A program made the translations under genes and the position numbers. 63,842 nucleotides of DNA from Malacoraja senta (taxonomy: Eukaryota), in assembly GCA_038087875.1 (NCBI GenBank), contig CM075990.1:1800159-1864000 (forward strand). The letters are read 5' to 3'. Positions 21,385 to 33,210 of the stretch are shown here, one piece after another (the first letter of the stretch is position 1; each line of letters starts with the position of its first letter). Below the pieces are notes generated by a model, which was given only the letters and a program-made list of their open reading frames with translations, did not search any database and was not told where the DNA came from.

Positions 21385-24300
21385 AACCATTAGGAGGTAG
21401 TGACCATAATATTATGTTTTAATCTGCAATTTGAGAGGGAGAAGGTAAAATCCGAAGTGTTAGTATTGCATTTGAACAAAGGGGTCTATGGAGGCATGAG
21501 GGAGGAGCTGCTGAAAGTTGACTGGACGGGGACCCTAGCAGAGATGACGATGGAACAGCAATGGCAGGAATTTCTGGGAAGGATGCAGAAGATGCAGGAT
21601 AATTTCATTCCAAAGAGGAAGAAATAGTCTAAGGGGAGGAAAAGGCGACCGTGGCTGACAAGGGAAGTCAAAGGCTGTATAAAACTAAAAGCGAAAATGT
21701 ATAACATAGCAAAGATGTTCAAAAAACAGCAGAAGGTAACTAAAAAGGCAATACGGGCAGAAAAGATGAAGTACGAAGGTTAGCTAACCAATAATATGAA
21801 GGAGGATAGATCAGATATATCCGAGGACATTACGGGGCACTAGAAAGGAAATTGCGGGAGCCCTGGTTGAAATCTATGTTGTCCTTAAATTCAAGAGAGG
21901 TGACGAAAGACCGGATGGTGGCAAATGTTGTGCTTCTTTTCAAGAAGGGCTGCAGAGAAAATGATGGGAACTATAGGCCAGTGAGCTTAACATCTGTAAG
22001 TTACTGGAGAGTATTCTGAGGGATAGGTTACACCGGCATTTGGGTGGGCAAGGGCTGATTAGGGATCGTCAGCATGGTTTTGTACGTGTCTCACAAATCT
22101 GATTGATTTTTTTGAAGACGTGACCAAAAAGGTTGATGAGGGCAGAGCTGTAGATTCAGTAAGGCATTCGACAAGGTTTCGCAGGGTGGGCTGCTCTGGA
22201 AGGTCAGATCGCATGGGATCCAAGGAAAGATAGCTGAATGGATAGCAAATTGGCTCAATGGAAGGAAGCAGAGGGTGACGGTGGAAGGATGCTTCTCAGA
22301 CTGGAGGCCTGTGACTAATGGTGTGCCTCAGGGTTCGGTATTGGGCCCGTTACTTTTTGTCATCTATATCACTGGTTTGTTGAGATAGTGTGTATATATT
22401 TGATTCATGTGTGTATATGTTTATAGAATGCCTTGTAGTCAATGCCTACTATGTTCTGTTGTGCTGAAGCAAAGCAAGAATTTCATTGTCCTATCAGGGA
22501 CACATGACAATAAACTCACTTGACGACATACAGGGCAAGTTTGCTGATGATAAAAAGTTAGCGGTTTTGCGGATAGTGAAAAAGGTTGTGAAAGATTGCA
22601 GCAGGATCTGGATCGATTGGCCTGGTGAGTGGAGGAATTTAATACAGAAAATTGTGAGGTGTCGCATTTTGGGATGTCAAACAAGGGCAGGACTTACACA
22701 TGAAATGGTAGGACTTTGGGTAATGTTGTAGAGCAGAGGGATCTAGGAGTACAGGTGCAAGGTTCCTTGTAGGTCGAGTCGCAAGTGGATAAGGTGGCCA
22801 AAAAGGCTTTTGGAAATTTGGCCTTCATCAGTCAGAGTATTGAGTCTAGAAGTTGGGAGGTCATGTTGCAGTTGTATAAGACGTTGGTGAGACCGCATTT
22901 AGAATATTGTGTTCAGTTCTGGGCACCATGTTTTAGGAAAGATATTGTCAAACTTGAAAGGGTTCAGAAAAGATTTACAAGGATGTTGCCAGAACTAGAG
23001 GGTGTGAGCTATAGGGTTTAGTAGGCTGGGTCTCTATTCCATGGAGCGCAGGAGGATGAGGGGAGATCTTATAGAGGTATGTAACATCATGGGAGTAATA
23101 GATCGGTTGATGCACAGAGTCTTTTGCCCAGAGTTATTGGAATCGAGGACAAGAGGACATAGTTTCAAGGTGAAGGGCAAAAGATAGGAATCCGAGGGGG
23201 TAACTTTTTCACACAAAGGGTGGTGGGTGTATGGTACAAGCTGCCAGAGGAGGTAGTTGAGGCTGGGACTATCCCATCCTTCAAGAAACAGTTAGACAGG
23301 TACATGGATAGGACATGTTTGGAGGGATATGGATCAAGCACAGGCAAGTGTAACTGGGACATTGTTGGCCCGTTTTGGGGAGTTGGGCCGAAGGGCCTGT
23401 TTCCACACTGTATCACTCTATGACTATGATAGTGAAAACATTTTTAGATATGTGAAGAGGGAAAGATTAGTTAAGACATATGTGGGTCCCTTGAAGCCAG
23501 AAACAGGTGAATATATTTTGGGGAACAAGGTAATGGCACACGAGTTGAACAGGTACTTTGGTTCTGTCTTCACCAAGGAAGACACAAACAATCTCCCAGA
23601 AGTACTAGGGGACAGAGGTTCTAGGGTGACGGAGGAACTGAAGGAAATTAACATTAGTCAGGAAATGGTGTTGGGTAGGCTGATGGGACTTAAATCCACA
23701 GGTCCTGATGATCTGCATCGTAGGGTGTTCAGGGTGGTAGCTCTGGAAATCATGGACGTATTGGTGATCATTTTCCAATGTTCTATAGATTCTGGATCAG
23801 TTCCTTTGGATTGGAGGATAGCTAATGTTATCTTACTTTTTAAGAAAGGAGGGAGAGAGAACACAGGGAATTATACACCAGTTTTCATGACATCGGTGGC
23901 CTGATGCTGGAATCAATTATTAAAGATGTAATAGCGGCGCATTTGAATAGCAGTCACAGGATCAGTCCAAGTCAGCATGGATTTATGAAGGGGAAACATT
24001 GCTTGACTAATCTTCTGGAATTTTTTGAGGATGTAACAAGTAAAATGGATAAGGGAGAGCCAGTATATGTAGTGTATCTGGACTTTCTGAAAGCCGTTGA
24101 TAATGGCCCACACAGGAGATTAGTGGGCAAAATTAGAGCACATGATATTGGCGGTAGGGTATTGACATGGAAAGAAAATTGGTTGGAAGACTGGAAACAA
24201 AAATTTGGAATAAACGGGTCCCTTTCAGAATGGCAGGCAGTGACTAGTAGGGTGACACAAGGCTCGCAGCTATTTCCAAATATATAACTGATTTTGATGA

Positions 24301-25195
24301 AGCAGATGACACAAAGCTGGGTGGCAGTGTGTACTGTGAATAGGATGCTATGAGGATTCAGGGTGACTTGGATAGGTTGTATGAGTGGGCAGATGCATGG
24401 CAGATGCAGTATAATGTGGATAAATGTGAGCTTGACCACTTTGGTGACAAGAACAAGAACGCAGATTAGTAGCCGAATGGTGTCAGATTAGGATAAGGGG
24501 AAGTGCAACGAGACCAGGGTGTCCTTGAATATCAGTCACTGAAAGTGAGCGTGCAGGTACAGCAGGCAGTGAAGAAAGGGGAAGGATTTGTATGTTGAAG
24601 CAAAGAGGTCCTTCTGCAGTTGTACAGGGCCTCCGTGAGACTACACCGGAGTATTGTGTGCAGTTTTGGTCACCTAATTTGAGGAAGGACATTCTTGCTA
24701 TTGAGGGAGTGTAGCGTAGGTTCACGAGGTTAATTCCAGGGATAGCGGGACTGTCATATGATGAAAGAATGGAGCGACTGGGCTTGTATTAACTGGAATT
24801 TAGAAGGATGAGAGGGATTCTTATAGAAACATAAAATTACTAAGGGATTGGACAAGCTAGATGCAGGAAACATGTTCCTGGTGTTGGGGAAGTCGGGAAT
24901 CAGGGGCCTCTGTTTAAGAATAAGTGGTAGGTCATTTAGAACTGAGATGAAGAAAAACTTTTACACCCAGAGAATTGTGTATTTGTGGAATTATCTACCT
25001 CAGAAGGCAGTGGGGGCCGATTCACTGGATGCATCCAAAAGAGAGTTAGATAGGACTAGCGGAATCAAGGGATATGGGGAGAAGGCAGGAACGGGGTACT
25101 GATTGTAGATGATCAGCCATAATCACATTGAATGGCGGTGCTGCCTCAAAGGCCCGAATGGCCTACTCCTGCATCTATTTTCGATGTTTTTATGT
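21385..25195 (+). mobile_element. Composite CR1: one subfamily (21810-23427) nested in another, within the GPCR intron
   Basis: RT motifs; inner copy ends in (CTATGA)n with GATAG repeated at 21805-21809 and 23428-23432; outer 3' tail at ~25195. Confidence 0.8.
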
Positions 25196-26649
25196 ACCGA
25201 CTGAGAAATGGTAATGCGGACTGCACTGATTACCCCTTTCATCAAAAGAAATGTGTTTTTGTTCTGATGTTCTGATGCCTGTTATATTCAATAAACTTTA
25301 AAAAGTAAGGAGTGTTACAGAATCTAAATATTCAAAGAATCATAGTTCCTGCCCGCGGTAGTGAGAACGACCTGAAGTGAGGAGCTGGCACTGCGCCACC
25401 AGACGGCATACAGGTGTACTGGATTGCGGACTGTTCGAGCCCTCGTGTTTACATCGATCATGGCCGAGGAGGTCGTCGATGCGCTTGCATGTCAATGGGG
25501 CTGGGGACGTACTTGGATCAGGATCAGATCAAGGGAATGCGAGGCTGGGTTATTTCACAAAAAGTAACAAATGCTGTAAGAGCTCCGACTGCCAAAAATG
25601 CATTTACGGTGAGAAAAATCGGTTCTCGGTTTTGTTCATGATCCCTCCCTCGGAACTGGAAATTGCACAGTTATGAACTTACTGGAATTACTTCGTAAAT
25701 TCCGTGCGTTTTATCGTGAAACAGAGAGAAGGGGGATGTCTGGAATGGGATGACCGCAACAAGAATGGGGAATCATCGGTGATGCGTGTAACATGAACAC
25801 TTCCTGCATTGCTCCATCAAAATGACAGCAACATGAAAAACAGTGACATCAAATAAATCACTACGAAATCAAAAATAATTGGGTTAACTAGTGAGTGATG
25901 AAAGCTGCGAATTGGACGATACATATAATTGTCTGACTTTATGCTGGCCACTCGCACAAAAGAAAAAAACAGAGGCTTTTTCACCCACAGAACAAAAAAA
26001 ATGTGGGGCGGATAAAATGCCGGTGATCAGTTCTAAAGGACAGTTGTTTTCCCTATATACATAATCAATTTACAGTTAAATAAGGGCCAAGCAGCAAATA
26101 TTTGTCAAAGCAAGTATATTGTGACTCACCTGATTCAGTTCATCAAAGTTATACCAGAGTTATTATGGCAAATAGATTTTGTAAGACCGTTTGGAATGGA
26201 TTGTCGAATGGCATTTCCGAAGAGAGCGCATGAGATTCATACAACATAAAATAATATTCGGGAACGATTGTCACTCGGATATGCAATTGGGATCGGAACG
26301 GGAGTCCAAGAATTAAGGAAGGTAAATAGATATTACATATTTTCTGACATTCACTATGTATTCTTTTATTAGTGTAATCATCTTAACTTGCTGTAAAGTC
26401 ACAGAGACTCTATCTGGAGGAAAGAAACGATTCTGCCCAACTCGTCCATGTAGACTAAGTTGCTAACCTGAGCTAATCCCATTTGCCTCCATTTGGCCCA
26501 TATGCGTCTGAACATTTATCTCTGAATGACTGAAAGCGTTGTAATTGCACCTTCCGTTCCCACTTGCACTGGCAGCTCTTTCCATCTGCTACCACCCGCT
26601 GTGTGAAATCTTTACCCATTTAAATCATCCGCTTTAAATCTTTACCCAT

Positions 26650-26850
26650 CTTAGACAATAGGCAATAGACAATGGATAGTGGGCGCAGGAGTAGGCCATT
26701 CAGCCCTTCGAGCCAGCACCGCCATTCAATGTGATCATGGTTGATCATCCACAATCAGTACCCCGTTCCTGCCTTCTCCCCATATCCCCTGACTCCGCTA
26801 TTTTTGAGCCCTATCTAGCTCTCTCTTGAAAGTATCCAGAGAACATGGCA
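26650..26850 (-). mobile_element. CR1 3' end fragment
   Basis: Reverse complement of a CR1 3' UTR with (CAATAGA)n tail. Confidence 0.75.
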
Positions 26851-26859
26851 TAGCTTTTC

Positions 26860-27975
26860 TTAAAGCCATGCCATGATGTAGGAAGATATAGAACAATGAA
26901 TGAAAGATATGCAAAAAGTAACACTGATAATCGAAACAGGCCGTTGTTAACAGTTTGTTGGGTGAGAACGAAAAACTGGTGCGACTTGGGTGGGGGAGGG
27001 ATGGCGTGAGAGGGAATGCAGGGGTTACTGGAAGTTGGAGAAATCAATGTGCATTCCACTGAGTTGTCAGCTTCACAAGCGAAATAGGAGATGCTGTTCC
27101 TCCAATTTTCGTTTAGCCTCACCCTGACAATGGAAGAAGCGTAGGACAGAAAGGTCAGTGTGGGAATGGAAAGTAGAGTTACAGTGTTTAGGAATACTCC
27201 TGCCCATTCCCACCCTGACTTTTCTATCCTCGGCCTCCTCCTTTGTCAGACTGAGGCTAAACGAATATTCCAGGATCAGCATCTCATATTTCGCTTGGGC
27301 AGCTTATACCCCAGTGGCATGAATATTAATTTATCCAACTGCAAGTACCCCCATGCACTCCTTCTCTCTCCATCCCTCACCCACCCAAGTCGCGCTAGTT
27401 TCTCGTTCTCAACGAACAAACAGAGAACAATGGTCTGTTTCTTTATCATATTTACTTTGTTGCATATATTTCACTCATTGTTTTTTATTGTTTTGTTCAG
27501 GGATACAGCACGGAACAGGCCCTTCAGCCCACCGGGTCCGCGCCGACCAGCGATCCCCGCACATTGACACTATCCTACACCCACTAGGGACATTCTTTTT
27601 ACACTTACCAAGCCAATTGACCTACAAACCTGTACGTCTTTGGAGTGTGGGAGGAAACGGAGATCTCGGAGAAAACCCACGCAGGTCACGGGGAGAACGT
27701 ATCAAGTGCGTACAGACAGCTCCCGTAGTCGGGATCGAACCCGGGTCTCCGGCGCTGCATTCGTTGCAAGGCAGCAACTCTACCGCTTCCATATCTGTCC
27801 ACATAATCGTCTATATCTCTAGTTTCCTTTTCCGGTAACTTCCAGTCTGAAGAAGAGTCACGACCCGAACCATCAGCCATTATTTATTTCCAGAGATGCT
27901 GCCTATCCCGTTGAGTTACTCCAGCTTATGGTGTCAATATTCGGTTGAAACCAGCATCTACAGTTCCTTCCTACA
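26860..27975. mobile_element. Inverted pair of Penelope GIY-YIG 3' fragments (minus ~26860-27180, plus ~27195-27975)
   Basis: RKLEEQHLLFRL (minus) and QHLIFRLGSLYPSGMNI (plus); degenerate hammerhead motif at ~27844-27875. Confidence 0.75.
27490..27789 (-). mobile_element. HE1/V-SINE-type SINE
   Basis: Reverse complement of the family at 12932-13367. Confidence 0.85.
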
Positions 27976-28409
27976 CATTCAACCTATGCCTTCTTATCTG
28001 TGTAACCCCACGTCATTTTGTATTTGAACAATGTCAACCTGAATGGAGAATTCACTGTTCTGGTTCTGTCACATTGGTAAATATTTATCTCGGATACTAC
28101 CAGAGTGCAGAATAAGGGTGGAACAGGAGACAAAGCGCCGTCACTTTTCAGCCAATTTATCCCACACTGAGAAAGAGGCCGCGCAGTTCTGTCAGGTAAT
28201 CTACGAGCGGATGAGCAGCTCCGTCAAACGGATTTGCTCCAGGACTGGCGATTCGTTCGCGTTAACAAAAGGATTTGAGAAAGCTTGTTACTTAGCCGGA
28301 CAAAACAATAATTTCACAACTGAATGTCTGGAAATAAATTACCGGAGAGCGTGCGTAAAGATACATTGCCCTTTGATACAGAAAAAAAGCAGTGCTGGCG
28401 TTACTGTGG

Positions 28410-28590
28410 GATAAGGAGTAAGGATGTACGGGCTGATGGCACCCATGTCTCCCATTCTGAAGAAGTCTTCCGACCTGAAACGCCATCTATCCATGTCCTT
28501 CAGCGATGCAACCCGATCCCTTGTGTTAGGCCAGCACTTTGGACTCTACTCAATATTCCAGCATTTACAATTGCTTGTGTCACCCTTTGA
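28410..28590 (+). mobile_element. Degenerate Penelope 3' end fragment
   Basis: CTGAAGAAG..GACCTGAAACGCC..GATGC motif. Confidence 0.55.
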
Positions 28591-28763
28591 AGCAAATATA
28601 CTAGAGCGCTCTAGTATCTTTGCTTTGAAGTTCAAAACGTCACGGATTGTATTTTTCTTTTTTGTAAAACTGTTTTCTTCCCCACTGATGCAAACTCAGA
28701 TATTGGTCAAGAGACGAAAAAGATGCATTTGACTAACCGACCCCACAGCATAATGCAATGTGA

Positions 28764-28935
28764 CAATACAATACAATACAATACAGTTTATTTGTTGTCA
28801 TTTGAACCTCATTGAAGTTCAAACGAAATTTGATTTCTGCAGTCATACAAGAAAAGAACCAAGACACAACACAATTTACACAAACATCCATCACAGCGAA
28901 TCTCCTCCTCACTGTGATGGAAGGCAAAGTCTTAT
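28764..28935 (-). mobile_element. 3' tail of the GC-rich retroposon family also at 53515-54357
   Basis: Shared CCTTCCATCACAG..GTAAATTGTGTTGTGTCT..AAATGACAA; (TATTG)n tail. Confidence 0.65.
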
Positions 28936-28985
28936 CTCTAACAGAACGAGGGATTCATAAAACAAAACCCAGACCCATATCTTAC

Positions 28986-29055
28986 CAGGAATGCCAATGG
29001 CTGCAAGCATGGGATAGTAGATGCTCACTAAGTGGTAAATTGCTGGATATTCCAT
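28986..29055 (-). pseudogene. Exon 1 of the GPR139-like GPCR (MEYPAIYHLVSIYYPMLAAIGIP)
   Basis: ATG 29055-29053; YYP..A.IG.P motif; phase-1 donor G/GTAAG joins in frame to exon 2. Confidence 0.88.
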
Positions 29056-29131
29056 GGTCAGTGTGCAACAGCGATGAGTTTGCAAGACTTAGGAACTGCT
29101 CACATATATTGGGAATTGCTTCAAATAGCTC

Positions 29132-29138
29132 TTATATA
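29132..29138 (-). promoter_or_regulatory. Putative TATA box of the GPCR gene
   Basis: TATATAA on the minus strand ~80 bp upstream of the exon 1 ATG. Confidence 0.5.
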
Positions 29139-29371
29139 GCAGATAGATCATCTTGGCTAATTAGTACCAAGATCACATCGCTCATATAGGGGGGCGCTGT
29201 TCTGGCAGCAGCCATGTCAGCAGTGTGTCAGTTTTTGAACTTTATTTTTTATTTTTGAGTATGTTTTAAAGTGTGTGTTAATGTTTCTTTGCGTGTCTTG
29301 TGTGGGGGGTGGTGTGGGGGGGGGGGGTAAGGGGGAAACCGCTTCGGTCACCTCCTCCATGGAGAGGCGAC

Positions 29372-29372
<1 letters not shown>

Positions 29373-29450
<78 letters not shown>
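29373..29450. repeat. (GATT)n microsatellite
   Basis: Direct inspection. Confidence 0.95.
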
Positions 29451-30152
29451 ATCAACCACAGACCACTAAACAAACACCGACATTTAACTATTTGTCCTCA
29501 ATTTGTCTGCCTTCTTTTGCATCGTTCCTTGGGGATGTTACAAGCGCTTGTTTGCTCTTGTTGTTCGAGGGGTGTTGGCAATTATAATTATATGACGCGA
29601 TGGTAGAGCTGCAGATTTTCAACGTTTCTCGAATAAATATTATTTGGAATATGAGCATTAATTGTGAAATAAATTTAAGATATTGGTTATGTACAACCCA
29701 CTGACTGGTAAACTTAAGGCAGGGAATTTACTGTTACGGCAAAATTAAGAAAAACGATCGCGGGGAGGGGTGGGGGTGGGGGGGTTGGGTATGATGCCTT
29801 CTTGTCCTTATGGTGTTTCATGTGCTGTAAACGATTGTAGCAGGCGATGGGATTTAAATATAGAAAATGTTCCTACCTTTGTTATCTCTAAATACCTCAA
29901 TGGAAACGAACCGGCATTGAAATCGTTGCGCATAACGCACCCCTCAAGGGATATGGGGAGAAGGCGGGATCGGGGTACTGATTGTGGATGATCAGCCATG
30001 ATCACAGTGAATGGCTTGATCACAGGGTTGACAGGGGCAGCCAGGGCTGTAAGCATCAGGGTAAACTGTGCGAGCTGGAGGTGGCATGGGCAGTGGTAAA
30101 GAAAACATTAAAACACACCACAAAGATCTGGCTTCGGAGTAGTAGAGAGAAT

Positions 30153-30686
30153 TTTTGTTTTTAATAATATTTTTATTAGAGGCAGGTACATATCATATTG
30201 AAAACATTTCATGTATATCATTCCTACATTACTAATATTATCGATTGAAATTAACTCTGCTTCTAGTATTTTTTTATTTTTTGATATAGGCAGAAAATAA
30301 GAGAGTAAAAGAAAGAAGGGAAAAAACATGATAAAGAAGAATGGAATAATTTACTAAAAGTACAACATTGGAGATAAATTCGTAAATTTTAAAATATAAC
30401 TTTTCATCTAATCCTTAATTCGAGTTTCAGTCAGGTTCTCGTGCCGAACCAGTCTGTCCCTTCAAATAGTCAATAAATGGAGACCATGTTCTGATAAAAA
30501 AGTTCTTCTTTGTCCATTAAGACAAGTCTGATTCTTTCCAAATGTAAGGTCTCCGACATTTCCATATTCCACATTTTAGTTGTGGGGGTTATAGGACTTT
30601 TCCAAAATGTTAATATTAATTTTTTTCCAGTTATTATACTATAGTCGATGAAGTTTCTTTGGGTTGTTGTAAGTGTTAGACTTTGA
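30153..30686 (-). mobile_element. Short 5'-truncated L1-clade insertion
   Basis: ORF2 C-terminus (GKKLILTFWK..ETLHLE); polyA; 13-bp TSD TAGTAGAGAGAAT at 30140-30152 and 30687-30699. Confidence 0.88.
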
Positions 30687-31291
30687 TAGTAGAGAGAATG
30701 CAAAAGGCAATCTTTGAATTGGCTGAGTCTGTGCATTTCTGTTACGAGGAGCTACGGGTGATTTGGAAAGAAATCTGCCGATGTATTGGTTAAATGACAA
30801 ATTGGCTAATTAGTCAATAAAAAAGAAGACAAGATGTAACGTGTTTGGCTAGGGCGGGGAGCGAGGCGAGGAGAGGAGAGGAGATGAGATGAGATGTTGA
30901 GCGTATATGCACGGCTTTGACTCATGCTGTTTCTTTTGTGTGATTGTTGTTTTGGCAGGTGAAAAGGTCCAATGCCGGTGGCGCCATGCAGCTGTGAGAG
31001 GCGCAGCTTTCAGCTCCGCTCCCGATTAATGCGTTAAAAGCGCTAAAAAAAAAAGCCTTCAAAGAAGACGGGACGGATCTAAAAATACTTACCGGGGATG
31101 CGTAAGTGGCGTCATCAGAAATCGCCGCAAAATAACAGGAATAACGGGACTTTTAAATGAGAAAAAGGAACCTACCACAAATACCCACTGCAAGACCTCT
31201 GACAAGACTCTGCTAAAGAGCTGGAAAAACACTTCAAACAACACCAGAAAGCTCTGAAGAAGTAACTGAAGCTCGAAGATCTGTTGCTGAA

Positions 31292-32160
31292 ATGGAAGTA
31301 AAGGCAAAAGAAATGGAACAGTCTATAAGAGCAGCTGTGAAAAAAGACGTTGCTGATATGCTACATAAGGAGATTTCTGCACAGTATACAAGAATGACTA
31401 CAAGTATGAAGCTCGGGAATCAGGAAGTTATCGAGACAGTCGGTACTCTAAAGCAACGTATTGAGGAAGTAGAGACCGAGCTAAAAGGAGAAATTGGACG
31501 GGTTGAAGAAGAGTGCAATGAAAAGTTGGACTCTGTCCTTACTACTTCTGAAGAACACAGCATTGCTATTAAAGATCTGGAAACTGGGATGATGGAAATG
31601 TCTGAAGAGATGAAGAGCATGAGAGAACATCAGGACCGTGTTTCTGGGCAACTGGCTAGAATGACCGACAAATGTCTGGGTCTGGAAGCTCGGTCAAGAC
31701 GGCAGAATTTAAGGATAGTTGGAGTGAGAGAAGGAAAGGAGACTGGAATGGACCCCTGGGAGTTCACTGCCAACTTACTTAAACAAGTATTCAAGCTGTC
31801 TGACAAACCGAAAATAGATGTTGCACATCGAGTTCAGAGAGCACAAAGGAGGCCAGGAGCCCCTCCAAGACAGATTATAGTGAAATTTCACGACATAGCA
31901 GCTCTTGGAGATATTATGAAACAAATTCCATTCGCAACAAATCTGATGTTCGAAGCTGAAACAGTAAGATTCTTTAGAGACTACCCACCAGAAGTGGCTA
32001 AGAAAGGGCCCTTTTTACAAAGACAAGACTGATCCTGAAAGGAATTCCGAACTTAAGATATGGGATAATCTACCCAGCAAAAATGAGGATCACATACAAG
32101 GATTTGGAGCGTGTCTTTACTGATCCAGAAGAAGCATTTAAATATGCACAAGAGCTAACA
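31292..32160 (+). pseudogene. L1 ORF1 (coiled coil, RRM/CTD), frameshifted
   Basis: LEARSRRQNLRIVGVREG, AHRV, PPRQIIVKF, FFRDYPPEV. Confidence 0.85.
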
Positions 32161-33210
32161 AAGGACATTAAGGATAAGTAAAATATCACGGTTATTAGTA
32201 GGTCTAACTGATATATATATATATATATTTGGAGAGGGGAAGCTCAGAAAATATGACTTTTTAAATAAATATAACCATAAATGTTCTCGATAAGATGGCC
32301 GAAAACTACACGTGGAGAAGTCTAGACACCTTATCGACTCTGGAATGCAAAACCAAGGACATATATATATATATTCGAATGAAAGACTTTTAAAAAATGG
32401 AACTATGCAGCATAGATAAATTAAATGGAGTTGAAAGTAATAATTTACTAATAAAAAGATATTTATCATTATATACTAACTCATAAATAACTGAACTAAT
32501 TCTTGTATATTAATCTGAAACGTACTAGCATAACCGAATAATGATTCAAATTTCTGGGGGGGGGTCTTTTTATTAGATAAGTCGATAATGAACATGTAGA
32601 TTTATGATTGCGAGTTAAATATACTGGAATATGACACTAACATACTAATCAACTAAAATATGCGTAATCGATTCGGGAAGACATTTATGCTCAAGATAAA
32701 CTAACAAGGATTCAAGCTGGAAGGGAAGGGAATCAAACACTTGGCAAGCAGCCAAGAGTGTAATTTCGGTTAACCCCTTCCAATCAGCAGTTTCTTACTG
32801 GGCTTTGCTTGAGAAGTTAAATACAGTAATTGTTAGTAAATAGTAAATACTTGTCCAGCCGAAGATTCAAGTTTGATGTTTTTCTCTATATTCCCCGGTT
32901 TTGAACTCTCTCTTCTTTTTTTACAATATTTGTTTAATGGAACGGAGCTCAATGTAATATAACATCTACGGAAGTTTTCAAGAATTTCTTTCCCACCATA
33001 TGGTGGGGGTTTTCTTGCAGTATTTTTCTTTTGAAATACTGTATTATCACTATTTCTATGATATTTATCACTTTTTCTGATTTTTCTTTAAGGGCACTTT
33101 CACAAGGGATATACCAACTAAGCCTAGTAGCCGTGAGTACCCACCCAACACCCAGAAGCTTGAGGTATTATGTTGCACCATCTGACATAAAGGTACCAAT
33201 GTAATTTATA

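Noticed and set aside
25377..25676. Cys-rich ORF (KCCKSSDCQKC) as a second defensin
   Set aside because: Cysteine spacing does not fit a defensin; no signal exon or acceptor support
26129..26215. Candidate GPCR exon 1
   Set aside because: In-frame stop and no YYP motif; a convincing exon 1 lies at 28986-29055
28043..28414. 123-aa ORF antisense in the GPCR intron
   Set aside because: No recognisable domain or gene structure
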